From NCBI GenBank assembly GCA_951406725.2, contig OX597815.1, forward strand, positions 10,106,001 through 10,170,000: DNA of 64,000 bases, in the 5' to 3' direction. Shown in pieces: positions 38,927 through 50,477 of this stretch. The notes below the pieces were generated by a model, which searched no databases, was not told the DNA's origin, and saw only the letters and a program-made list of their open reading frames with translations. Position 1 is the stretch's first letter; every line of letters starts with the position of its first letter. Source of the DNA: Octopus vulgaris. Its lineage: Eukaryota. Position numbers and translations under genes: made by a program.

Positions 38927-39659
38927 TTCCTTCTGGGCAAACCGGTAGCCATTGGGGCTTGTCATTGTGGTTAAATGGTGTGAACCAAATCCTGTTTTAT
39001 TCCAGCATAGTGTGGCTTTGCCACGTGGTAGCAGCTTGAGGAGAGATGTGAGAACACGTCTGTTCTGTTCGGCTGCAGCTTCGAGAGAGAGATCGGTACG
39101 TGGGAAGTTTTGCAGCTAGTAGTTCTCTGCACATGACGGAACTTCCAGCGGCCTCCCAGAAGAAATCCAACTCTGCGCATGCTCGCTGAAGACTTCCAAA
39201 ATGGTGTCACTGTATAGTGTATCTTGCTTCTTGAAAAATGTTGCCCATGTCTGGAATAAATGCTTCACTGGCATCATAGTCATTGTTATTTTTATTTTAA
39301 CAAACATATGGAACAGATGTATACTTAAATCTACTCCAGCTGCAGTGTATTTCAGTGTTAGTTAAGTGTCACACACTACAGGTTTTTTTAAATTATTAGT
39401 GCATACTTGGGTAGGGTAATCAGTGGAAATCTATTATGGAGGTCTTGGAATGATGTGTGGAGTACAACTATAGGGAATGATGTATAGGGTATAGTGCAGA
39501 AGTTTGGTTGTTTATTTGTGGGATATGATGTAAAAATCTGGATGTGTTATGCTGGGTGCAGTTGGTAGTCTGGATATCTGCACGAGGTGTAGTATAGGAG
39601 TGTGCATATGGCTCTGTGGAGCACAGGGTGGAAGATTGAGGTACAGTGTGAAAATTTGG

Positions 39660-41412
39660 GTATATATAGCCAAGGGAGTAGCAGAAAAGAAGTTTGCCAA
39701 TGTTCAGCAATGTGAGGACCAAAGAACTGAAGTATTTCGGATTGTAAGACAACGTGTGAGAGAAAACCGTGATGTCATTGGAAAGAAATGTGTCTGCACG
39801 GATGATGGTGCCCTTGCGTTTAATGATTCCGCAAAGAAAGAGGCTTGGAGAAGCCATTAGAAAAGACTGATGAATGGGAGGAGGAGAGTCTGCCAAAGGT
39901 TGACCTAATTGAGGGACCAACTATCCGAATCGACAGTACCCAGGTAGATAAAGCAATTAAGGATATGAAGACAGGAAAAGCACCTGGCCCATCAGGAATC
40001 ACTGCTGGGATGCTTAAAATATCGGACGGGCGGTGTAGGTTATGGTCTTGTTACCCACATTGTAAATCAGGTAGTTCATGAAGGAGTCATACCCAGTGAC
40101 TGGTGTAGCAGCACCATAGTTAACTGTTACAAGGGGAAAGGTGATGCTTTAGATAGAAATAACTACAGGGGTATCAAATTATTGGATCAAGTGATGAAAG
40201 TTACAGAGAGGGTCATAGCCCAACTAATTAGGGAGAGAGTTAGCCTAGATGAGATGCAGTTTGGTTTTGTGCCAGGCAGAAGCACCACTGATGCTATATT
40301 TCTGGTAAGGCAACTGCAGGAGAAATATCTAGCCAAAGATAAACCTCTGTACTTGGCTTTTGTTGACTTGGAGAAAGCCTTTGACAGGGTCCCCCAATCC
40401 CTTATCTAGTGGTCAATGTGGAAACTGGGGATAGAGTAAGAGCTGGTAAGAGCTGTACAGGGATGCTGTCAGTAAGGTGAGGGTTGGCAATGAGTATAGT
40501 GAAGAATTCCGAGTAGAAGTAGGGGTTCACCAAGGATCAGTCCTCAGCCCCCTCTTATTCATTATAGTCCTCCAGGCAATAACAGAGGAATTCAAGACAG
40601 GCTGCCCCTGGGAGCTCCTCTATGCTGATGACCTTGCTCTAATAGCTGAGTCACTGCCAGAACTGGAGACAAAGTTTAGGGTGTGGAAGCAAGGTCTAGA
40701 ATCGAAGGGCCTTAGGGTTAACCTAGCAAAAACCAAAGTTTTAGTAAGCTGTCGAATCACAATCCCCTTCAGGTAGATGGCCCTGCTCGATCTGTAGAAA
40801 AGGCATGGGTAGAAACTCCATACAACGTACCCGGTGTAAGCTATGGACACATAAAAGGTGCAGCAATATCAAAGGAAGGTTAACCGGGAAAATAGTTTTT
40901 GTGTGTGGCAGATGCACTGGGGCAATAAACACTGAAGATGTACAGAAAACAGATTCCATCACATGCCAGGGGAAAACTAGAAGTAGTTAATAGCTTCTGC
41001 TACCTAGACGACCAAGTCTGTAATTGGGGTGGTTGCTCTGAGAGTGTAGCGACTAGAGTAAGACTAGCCTGGGCAAAGTTCAGGGAGCTCCTACCTCTGC
41101 TGGCAACTAAGGGCCTCTGCTCACTAGCGTATGATGCATTGTGCGAACTGCCACATGGCAGTGAAACATGGGCCATGAATGCTGAGGACATGCGTAGGCT
41201 TGAAAGAAATGAAGCTAGTATGATCCGCTGGGTGTGTAATGTCAGTGTGCATACACGACAGAGTATAAGTGGCCTGAGAGAAAAGTTGGGCATAAGAAGC
41301 ATCAAATGTGGTGTGCAAGAGATGCGACTGTGCTGGTATGGTCATGTGTTAGGTATGAATGAAGACAGCTGAGTGAGGAAGTGCCACTGCCTAACTGTAG
41401 AAGGAACCTGTG
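39660..41412 (+). mobile_element. Degenerate RTE-clade non-LTR retrotransposon (RT pseudo-ORF) in the PLD6 intron
   Basis: KAPGPSGI, QFGFVPGRSTTDAIF, AFVDLEKAFDRV, GVHQGSVLSPLLF, LLYADDL, HGSETW. Multiple stops and frameshifts. Confidence 0.92.
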
Positions 41413-41669
41413 CTCATACCACTCTTGCTTCACATCATCTTTACTGTCACCTATTACCTCTCAGACTCACACCTACCTCTCCCCCACTTCTCTTCTAACT
41501 GATATTTATGATTGACTCTGCCACCACCTGTGTTCACCACTCATTACCTTTCCCTTGATATCTTTATTCATCTTCCTGTAACTTGAGGCTGTGCCCTAAC
41601 ACATTTTCACTACCACCATCCCTCTTCCTCTGCCAAGTGAGATAACCGTGTATTCCCCACAGCAAGACA

Positions 41670-42266
41670 CCTATTTCTTTACTACCCACAAGTAGCTAAA
41701 CACAGAGAGGACAAACAAAGGGATTGAGTCGATTATATCGACCCCAGTGCGTAACTGGTACTTATTTAATCGACCACCCCGAAAGGATGAAAGGCAAAGT
41801 CGACCTCGGCGGAATTTGAACTCAGAACGTAGCGGCAGGCGAAATACCTATTTCTTTACTATCCACAAGGGGCTAAATACAGAGAGGACAAACAAGGATA
41901 GTCAAACAGATTGAGTCGATTATATCGACCCCAGTGTGTAACTGGTACTTATTTAATCGACCCCGAAAGGATGAAAGGCAAAGTCGACCTCGGCGGAATT
42001 TGAACTCAGAGCATAGCGGCAGACGAAATACCTATTTCTTAACTACCCACAAGGGGCTAAACACAGAGAGGACATACACAAAGACAGACAAACGGATTGA
42101 GTCGATTATATCGACCCTAGTGCGTAACTGGTACTTATTTAATCGACCCTGAAAGGATGAAAGGCAAAGTCGACCTCAGCGGAATTTGAACTCAGAACGT
42201 AGTGGTAGACGAAATACCGCTAAGCATTTCGCCTGGCGTGCTAACGTTTCTGCCAGCTCGCCGCCT
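41670..42266 (-). mobile_element. SINE family B concatemer (three bodies)
   Basis: Same junction structure as the 32576 array. Confidence 0.85.
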
Positions 42267-42850
42267 TGCTCTTGTCCTCCTATCATACTTTAACCTCTTA
42301 ATCACTTGGCAAAAAAGGCCACCTCCCTCAATATTACCCCTGCTCCTCAGTTAAGAGTTCTTGCCTTGCAAGCTTCTTCATAACTTCAGTAGTGCTGATA
42401 CTATGTCAAAAGTGCCAAGTACACTCTGATGTTAGGAAGGGTATCAAGCCATAGAAACTATGCCAAAGCAGACCTTGGTGCCCGATGCAGTCCTCTGACC
42501 TGCTAGCACCTGTTGACCCATTCAATCTATGAACCGATGGGAAACCGACATTAACTGATTGACATCATCAGTTAATGTCTGTTTGCTATGACGATGAGGG
42601 TATGGTGTTAAATAGTTATTTCTCCTTTGCTTTCTTTCTTTCTTTGTTTTTTTTTTTTCAAATTATAACTGCTATGGTGTGATTGAAGCTGATAATTGGT
42701 ATTTATGTTTTATACAATAAATCAATGAAAGAAATTACTCAGACACTAATCTTGTGAAAAACAATTAAGGTAGTATTAATGTATTTAATGCTAATCATTA
42801 AAAAGCTAATTAAAAATAATTACGACTTGAGATTTTAGTGTGGTTTTTTT

Positions 42851-43385
42851 CATCATCATCATCATCATCGTTTAGCATCCGCTTTCCATGCTAGCATGGG
42901 TTGGATGGTTCGATTGGGGTCTGGGAAGCTAGAAGGCTGCACCAGGCTCCAGTCTGATCTGGCAGTGTTTCTACAGCTGGATGCCCTTCCTAACGCCAAC
43001 CACTCCGTGAGTGTGGTGGGTGCTTTTTACGTGCCAGGCGAGGCTGGCAACGGCCACAATCAGTTGGTGCTTTTTACGTGCCACCGGCACGGAAGCCAGT
43101 CGAGGCGGCGCTGGCATCGGCCACGTTCGGATGGTGCTTTTTACGTGCCACTGGCACAGAATCCAGTCAAGGCGGTGCTGGCATTGGCCACGTTCGGATG
43201 GTGCTTTTTACATGCCACCGGCACGGAAGCCAGTCAAGGCAGCGCTGGCAACGGCCACGATTAGTTGGTGCTTTTTACGTGCTACCAGCACAGTCATCAC
43301 AACTACAATTTCAATCAATTTTTGATGTTGATGTACTTGACTCAAAAGGTCTCCTCAAGCACAGGGTCGAAACGGTGTTTCTTTA
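42851..43385 (-). mobile_element. Family C retroposon
   Basis: Family match; inverted relative to the 43832-44552 copy. Confidence 0.8.
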
Positions 43386-43831
43386 CAATTCATCATTGGT
43401 AGTGCACAGTATTATGAAGGTTGTGTGTGAAGGTGAGAATGACCGTGCTAATATTTCTATAAGTTTCCATAATTTTTATTACCCAGAACATTTGCATTTA
43501 CGTATATACAACAATAAAACAATATACATGAGAAGGGTGAATGTCGTAATTGAAAGTTTTTATTCTATTAAATATTCTAGTTATTTATTTGAAAATTATT
43601 AGGCGCAGGAGTGGCTGTGTGGTAAGTAGCTTGCTTACCAACCACATGGTTCCAGGTTCAGTCCCACTGCGTGGCATCTTGGGCAAGTGTCTTCTGCTAT
43701 AGCCTTTGGCCGACCAAAGCCTTGTGAGTGGATTTGGTAGACGGAAACTGAAAGAAGCCCGTCGTATATATGTGTTTATGTGTCTGTTTGTCCCCACCAA
43801 CATTGTTTGACAACTGATGCTGGTGTGTTTA

Positions 43832-44552
43832 TGCTGTGCGTGAGAAGACCCGGGGCCTTTGCCAGGGATGTAGCCAGCCCACTTATGCTTACCTTTCCTT
43901 CTTTGGACACAAAACTCTATTTGCGAAGACCTGTTGAGGCAAGGGAAATTGAAATTGAATTCAAAATCGAACCACATCCGACGACTGGCACCCATGCCAA
44001 CCTCCCTTCATTGGACACTAAACTCTGCTTGCGAAGACCTGTTGGGGCAAGTGAAATCGAAATTGAACCAAATCCTATGACTGGCACCCGGCAGTTGCCA
44101 GTGCCGCTGGACTGACTCCTGTGCAGGTGGCAAGTAAAGAAACACCGTTTCGACCCTGTGCTTGAGGTGACCTATTAAGTCAAGTACATCAACATCAAAA
44201 ATCAATGGAAATTGTAGTTGTGATCCCTGTGCTGGAGGCATGTAAAAAGCACTATCCGAACGTGGCCGATGCCAGCGCCGCCTTGACTGGCTTCTGTGCT
44301 GGTGGCATGTAAAAAGCACCAAGCGATTGTGGCCGTTGCCAGCCTCGCCTGGCAACTGTGCCAGTGGCACGTAAAAAGCACCCACTACACTCATGGAGTG
44401 GTTGGCGTTAGAAAGAGCATCCAGCTGTAGAAACTCTGCCAGATCAGACTGGAGCCTGGTGCAGCCTCCTGACTTCCCAGACCCTGGTCGAATCGTCCAA
44501 CCCATGCTAGCATGGAAAGCGGGCGTTGAACGACGACGATGATGATGATGAT
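43832..44552 (+). mobile_element. Family C non-autonomous retroposon with (GAT)n tail and internal ~60-bp tandem units (longest copy)
   Basis: Ends CCCATGCTAGCATGGAAAGCGG..(GAT)n, an RTE-like tail. More than 15 copies in the window. Confidence 0.8.
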
Positions 44553-44678
44553 ATATAGATGTATAGTATTGTACATGTATAGTATTGGTGTATTTCAGAG
44601 ACACTCAGGGATGCCATTTGTATTTTATGATTTTAAATTTTTATTGTGTACTTAATGTGTTTATATTTATATTTTCAG

Positions 44679-44938
44679 ATATTCCAGTACGTACCGACCA
44701 CTCATCGTCATTCATGCATCATAAATTCACAGTTATTGACCGAAAGATTGTAATTCATGGCTCCTTTAACTGGACTTTCAGTGCCATCAATGGCAACCTG
44801 GAGAATGTACTGATAACCAATGATTCAGACATTGCACAAAATTTTCAAAGAGAATTTGATTTACTTTGGACCAAGTTTGACATGACAACCAATAACCAGA
44901 AACATACAAATGGTTGTATAAAGCATATAAAACTTTGA
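44679..44938 (+). CDS. PLD6: PLD6/Zucchini coding exon 2 (catalytic HKD exon)
   Basis: Acceptor attttcAG at 44677-44678, phase compatible with exon 1 (A+AT = Asn). Encodes IPVRTDHSSSFMHHKFTVIDRKIVIHGSFNWT...NLENVLI, i.e. HxK(x4)D(x6)GSxN plus the conserved Glu. TGA ends at 44938. Spliced CDS is 720 nt (239 aa); intron 8775 bp. Confidence 0.95.
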
Positions 44939-45596
44939 TTGTAGAGCATTAATAGATATATATATGTCATCTAGATTTTTCAAATTTATTTTTCAAAAAT
45001 GATCTTTCCTATCATAGTTAATTCCTCAGCTGGAGTCATATCACTCAGTGCTCAACGATGATATTACAGCTTAAGTCTTGTTCACCTTGCAAGTTAGCTG
45101 TCGGTTTTGGCTTATGTTACCGTGGCTTATAACAACAACTTTTCTATGGGAGAGATTATTTTGTTTTTTAAAGAATTACCATAGAAGTGACTGTACTGTA
45201 GAGATTCAGTCTTCTGCCATATTACAAAAGAGCTTTGTCTTAAGATCTGAACCTTTTAAATTATTTTCTTTATCAGACACTGATCATTGAGAAACTTGTG
45301 AACCGACTTAACATCTGTTCACTTAAAATGCACAGCAGAAAGCATTATGGTGCTGCAAAATTAACTGTGAATAGAACCCAAGGCTTCTTTGAAGAGTTGT
45401 ATATTGAAGGGGTAGTATGGACTATTGATAGGATACAATAGACTGATTATAATTTGAATTTGAAATGTTAATCTAGCAAACACCACTATTTTCTTACTAT
45501 TTAACACACACACACACACATATCTATAATATATATATATAGGTGAGAGAGTTGGTGTGTGAAAGCACGTAGTTGGATGTATAAAAAATATAAAAG

Positions 45597-45908
45597 AGTG
45601 AAAAAACTATGGAAGACTTGTGTTATAATGTTAAAGAATATATTTAAGTCGTTATGTTAGAAAATTTTGTGTATAGTAACATAGTTTTTGGAGAAATAAC
45701 CGGTTTCATGTAAACTTTTCAAATTTCATTATGAAGACATGACACGATATAGGTAAAGAAATTTCAGAAATTTGAAAAGAATACACGAAACCGGTTATTT
45801 CTCCCAAAACTATGTGACTATACACAAAATTTTATAACATTTTTCTAACATAACGACTTAAATATATTCTTTAACATTATAACACAAGCCTTCTGTAGTT
45901 TTTTCACT
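45597..45908. repeat. Long inverted repeat (~130-bp arms)
   Basis: AGTGAAAAAACTA..GAAATAACCGGTTTC..CAAATTTC versus its reverse complement; ~40-nt loop. Confidence 0.85.
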
Positions 45909-45988
45909 TTATATATAAATATATATATATATATAAATAAATAAATGAGAGAATGGAGTCGAACAAAGATTTTAACAAAATTCCTTTA

Positions 45989-46071
45989 CTCTCAACACAT
46001 GTTTCGAAGACTGCATACTCTTAATTCCGAAGGAATAAAGGGTGCATTATGCCGTCTTCTCATCAGGAAAG
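45989..46071 (-). ncRNA. Type I hammerhead ribozyme motif
   Basis: Minus strand reads ctttc-CTGATGA-gaagac...gtcttc-GAAAC-atgt-GTT-gagag. Stem I is 5 bp, stem II is 6 bp perfect plus an extension, stem III is short with a palindromic ACATGT, and the cleavage triplet is GUU. Confidence 0.75.
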
Positions 46072-46421
46072 ACAAGGAACCTCTATCAGTCTCAAGACGA
46101 ACAAAAACTTTTTGATGACTGCCTACATGGTGTCCCAGGTATCGATTAACCAAATTATCAATACTAGGATAATTCATTCACCTACTTCTATATATATATA
46201 TATATATATACATATAATGTTATATAATACCTCTTGTTCAGATTCAACATCTTTACTTATCACAGAAATCTTGGTTTTAGATGTAAATACAGATGTTGGA
46301 GTGGGACAACATATATTATGTAATGCTATGCATCTGGAATGAGGAAACTGTATGTATTGTTTTCTAACATATTACATACCCTAATTAAAATTGAGGGCTT
46401 TAATTTTTGTTCATATCATCA

Positions 46422-46462
<41 letters not shown>

Positions 46463-46475
46463 GTATAAATATTTA

Positions 46476-47323
46476 CAGGGTGGCCCAAAAGTCACTGAAA
46501 GGTTTTAATTTTTAATAACTCCCTTATTTTTACAAATCGGTGCATGAAATTTTAATTCAATATAGAGGAGACAGTGAAGATTAGTTTGCGTTACTCCTTT
46601 TTCATTATACCTCTGCATTATGTATGAAAAATGGCATCTTTTAAATGGCTTCACACATCCTTACCCTTTCCAAAATATGTTCCATGACAGTTCTTAAGGG
46701 TTTCAGGGTTCAGTTCCCTGATCCCTCTAGTGATATTCTCCTTCAATTGCTCTAGGATTTCTGGTTTGTTAACATAAACCTTGAAGTACCCCAACAAGAA
46801 GAAATCGGGACTGGTCAAGTGTGGGGAATGTGATGGCCAGTTGGCATCACAGTAGCAAGAGATGATTCTTTCTTCAAAACATTGCCTCAGCAACTGTATT
46901 GTCCTTCTTCCAGTATGAACAGTTGCCCTATCTTGCTGGAACCACATACTGGGCCTATTTTGAATGGCTGGGCACAAAAAGTCCTTGATCATGGACCTGT
47001 ACTGCTCACCAGTCACAGTGACAGCATTCCCCGTCATCGTCCTCAAAGAAATAGGGCCTGATTATCTCATCCGCCACAATTGCAAACCATACTGTACACT
47101 TTACGGGGTGCAATTCTCTTTGGTGCTCTCTGGGTTTCAATAATAGAACCCTGATTTTGGTAGAACAATTTCACCACCTGGGTGTGTTGTGCAGTACCAT
47201 GTTTTTTCATAATTAATTTCCGGGAGATCTCGTCCATAAAATCCCTGAAAAGAAAAGAAAAAGGTAGGAAAAAAAAAGGAATTATCAAAGATTGCAACTT
47301 CTCAATGACTTCTGGGCCACATC
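46476..47323 (-). mobile_element. Internally deleted Tc1/mariner-superfamily transposon, DD41D (rosa-like) type
   Basis: TA-flanked degenerate TIRs (CAGGGTGGCCCAAAAGTCACTGA / TCAATGACTTCTGGGCCAC). Transposase remnant WFQQD-(41 aa)-PDFF, with WPSHSPHL and VYVNKP. Confidence 0.85.
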
Positions 47324-47503
47324 TACCTACCTATCTATCTATCTATCTATCTACCTACCCACCTACCTATCTATCTATATATATATATATAGATAGTTAA
47401 ACGACAATGATGATTATGATGATATATAAGGGGAAAAAGAACAACAAAAAACAAAGGTAGGACAAGTATCTCAAGCCATATAGAATAATTCAATGAGGGT
47501 AAA

Positions 47504-47579
47504 GCCTTACAGCTGTTTCTGGGATATCCCAAGTGATAGGCTAGCATGTCAGTACACTGGGTAATCCATCATCAGAGAC
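47504..47579 (-). ncRNA. Type I hammerhead ribozyme motif
   Basis: gtct-CTGATGA-tgg...cccagtg..cacttggg...cca-GAAAC-agct-GTA-aggc. Palindromic stem III ACAGCTGT, GUA triplet. Confidence 0.6.
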
Positions 47580-47809
47580 AAGGTGACTATGTATGAAAGT
47601 TCTAGACAGGGAAATTTACAGTTTATAAGGAATAGAATAGAAGAATAAAGAGTAAAAGTAGATAGAAAAACACAAACAGGAGAATAAAGTTCACAGCTCA
47701 TCTTCTTCCAGAGGGTATGGAGGCTGGTCCGTACTTCCGTGAAGGTATAGGTCCTTTAGATCATTAGTGAATTAAATCCCTCATATTCTTTATATACATA
47801 CATACATAC

Positions 47810-47840
<31 letters not shown>

Positions 47841-48583
47841 GACACACACACACATTTGGTTGTACAAACAGGAGAAAGAGTACTTAGTTTATTTATTCAA
47901 AATCCTCCAGTTTAGTTCTTCATCCAAATCTGAACATGCATTCTGTTTGCTATTCACAATATCTTGTTTTATGGGATCCTTCAAGTGGTAAAAAGGATAG
48001 TGTATATGAAGAAACTGTAAGAAACTCTGTGTGTGTTTGTGTGTATATATATATATATATGTATAGTGAGAGTTTACGAAAAAAGCCAAAAGACGAAGAC
48101 AGGTGGTGTACAAAACAAACAGATGTATTAGTATAATGCTCAGGAATAGAAAAAAGTCTTTTACGTTTCGAGCCTACGCTCTTCTACAGAAAGGGACACA
48201 GAAAAAAAAAAAAAAAAATATATATGCAGGCATGGCTGAATAGTTAAGAATTTTGTTTTGCAGTCATGCAGTGCAGTGTTTGATCCCTTAATATGGTGTG
48301 TTGGTCTTGTGTCAGTTACCTTATATAACCTTGGGTGGAGGAATGCCTTGTGGATGAATTTGGGGGTGACAGAAACCTTTTAGAAGTCTCCAAGATATGC
48401 TGTGTCAGTTATTTCAAAAAGGCTGATCAGTCTTGTCACACATTATGAAAATTATCATAAGGATTAAGAGTCTGTGAAATACTCGGTCACTTCTATTATG
48501 CCAGTTGAATTGTGTTGACTGTTGTATAGATTGGACAACTGCAACACTCCTCTTCAAATGGACATTCATTTGCACACACAAAC

Positions 48584-48639
<56 letters not shown>

Positions 48640-48724
48640 AATAAGGATAATATTGATATTTAAATATCGATCTTATCAAGTGGCCAGCATGGGAATAAAT
48701 ACCATACAAAGGTAATAACTATTT

Positions 48725-48914
48725 AAAACTATAAATAAGGGTATTGGAGAGATACCACCATGCCGAAATAGCAGTCAAAACCCTGACTCTAAAAACCACC
48801 TCTCTGTCTTATCTCATGGTGTGATATGAACATTTAAGGTGGGTTTTTAGAGTCAGGGTTTTGACTGCTATTTCGGCATGGTGGTATCTCTCAGATACCC
48901 TTATTTATAGTTTT
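48725..48914. repeat. Inverted repeat (~77-bp arms) in a (TA)n-flanked module
   Basis: Near-perfect palindrome with a ~35-nt loop. Confidence 0.85.
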
Positions 48915-48973
48915 TATATATATATATATATATAGCTATACTTTATTTAAAAGCAGCAGAAATATAACAAAAG

Positions 48974-49011
48974 CTGTTACTCGGAGTTTCACATTTCCGT
49001 TCGTTGGACAG
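48974..49011 (-). ncRNA. Hammerhead-like motif with mutated core
   Basis: ctgt-CCAACGA-ac(ggaaat)gt-GAAAC-tccga-GTA-acag. All three stems pair, but the CUGA box is altered. AATAAA and (TA)n lie downstream. Confidence 0.4.
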
Positions 49012-49804
49012 TTTTGTTAAAATAGAACCGAAATAACAATTTGATCAAATATATACATATATATACATACTTACACACACACACATACTATGTAAACTCT
49101 GTATATTTACACCTGTATAATTTTAGTTATTTGTAAATTTTTATTATTATTCAAAATATGTTTGATATTTTTACAGAATTTTACTAAAACTGATTTCTGC
49201 CGAGAGAAACCCTCACCAAATACAACCCTTTCCTTATAAAGACCTGTAGAATCCCATATAACCTGACCTAACCCAAAGTAGGTTAGTTGCTGCAATTACC
49301 TTAATTGGCTTACTTAAGCAGTTACATTGTGTTTAACCACGAGCCTTGTCATTGCTTTAGAGTTTGGTGATATTATAGTGTCTTAGTGTATCACCATAGC
49401 CTATGGTATAAAATCTTGCCCTTATCTCAGAGAGATTTTTTTTTTTTTTCCATTGATAAAAAGATATTTTGTACATGTATACAGATTTGGACCAAAATGC
49501 AGCTAAATTTTTGTAACTATCAATAATGTTATTGTTGTTCTTAACTAAAAGAAAATATTATTATTATCTAAAATAGTTTTCATGTGTCTTGTTGATTTAA
49601 AAAAAAAAAAATTTGTTTGTATATTGTCGTCTACAAAATCTTTCCTACCATGCCAGCACAAAGAAAAAGAAGAAATGCTAATATGATGATGATGATGATG
49701 ATGGTGATGATTGTGAAAGTGGCTGTAAGATTATGGAGTTTATCTTCTGATTTTGAAATCATGAATTCAAATCTTGCTGATTGGTTGGACACTTTTAGAG
49801 AATA

Positions 49805-50477
49805 CTAGCAGTATTGCCCAGCATTGCTCGGGCTTGTTTTCTTTGCGACCCTTTAGAATTGGAATCTTTGAAAAGTAAAAATTTTGCATTATGTAGCTTG
49901 TTATTCTCTTTAAGTGAACATTTTTCTGGTTGAAATAGACCGAAAAATGGCGAGACAGCAGTCAAAAAAATCTTAAAAAATAGGGATTTTCATAGTAAAA
50001 CGAGCACCTTTTTGATGTAAATAATTTTTGGTGTTGTACTGCATTGACTGGCCTCCGTGCTGGTGGCACGTAAAAAACACCATCCGAGCGTGGCCGTTCG
50101 CCAGCCTCGTCTGGCACCTGTGTTGGTGGCACATAAAAGCACCCACTACACTCACGGAGTGGTTGGTGTTAGGAAGGGCATCCAGCTGTAGAAACACTGC
50201 CAGATCAGACTGGGCCTGGTGCAGCCTTCTGGCTTCCCAGACCCCAGTTGAACCGTCCAACCCATGCTAGCATGGAAAGCGGACGTTAAACGATGATGAT
50301 GATGATGAACATGGTCCGATTTGAATTTTTTCTTCTACGTAATGAAGAGCAAGCCTTCTTCTATCATACTGTCAATTCTGGTCAACTTGTGCCGCAGGGT
50401 CTTCGGAGGAAATAGTGTTAGTTGAAAGCTACCAAACCTGCCATACACAGACAACTTCAGCTTTATATATATAGAGA
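49805..50477 (-). mobile_element. Helitron subfamily 2 copy interrupted by a family-C element (50040-50307)
   Basis: Helitron halves join across the nested insertion. Confidence 0.75.

Noticed and set aside
42547-42579. 13-bp perfect hairpin containing CTGATGA on minus
   Set aside because: No GAAA box; likely a local fold-back in a decayed repeat tail.
42896-44604. ORFs containing LQLDALPNANHS and similar motifs, repeated across the window
   Set aside because: Chance frames in family C retroposon copies.
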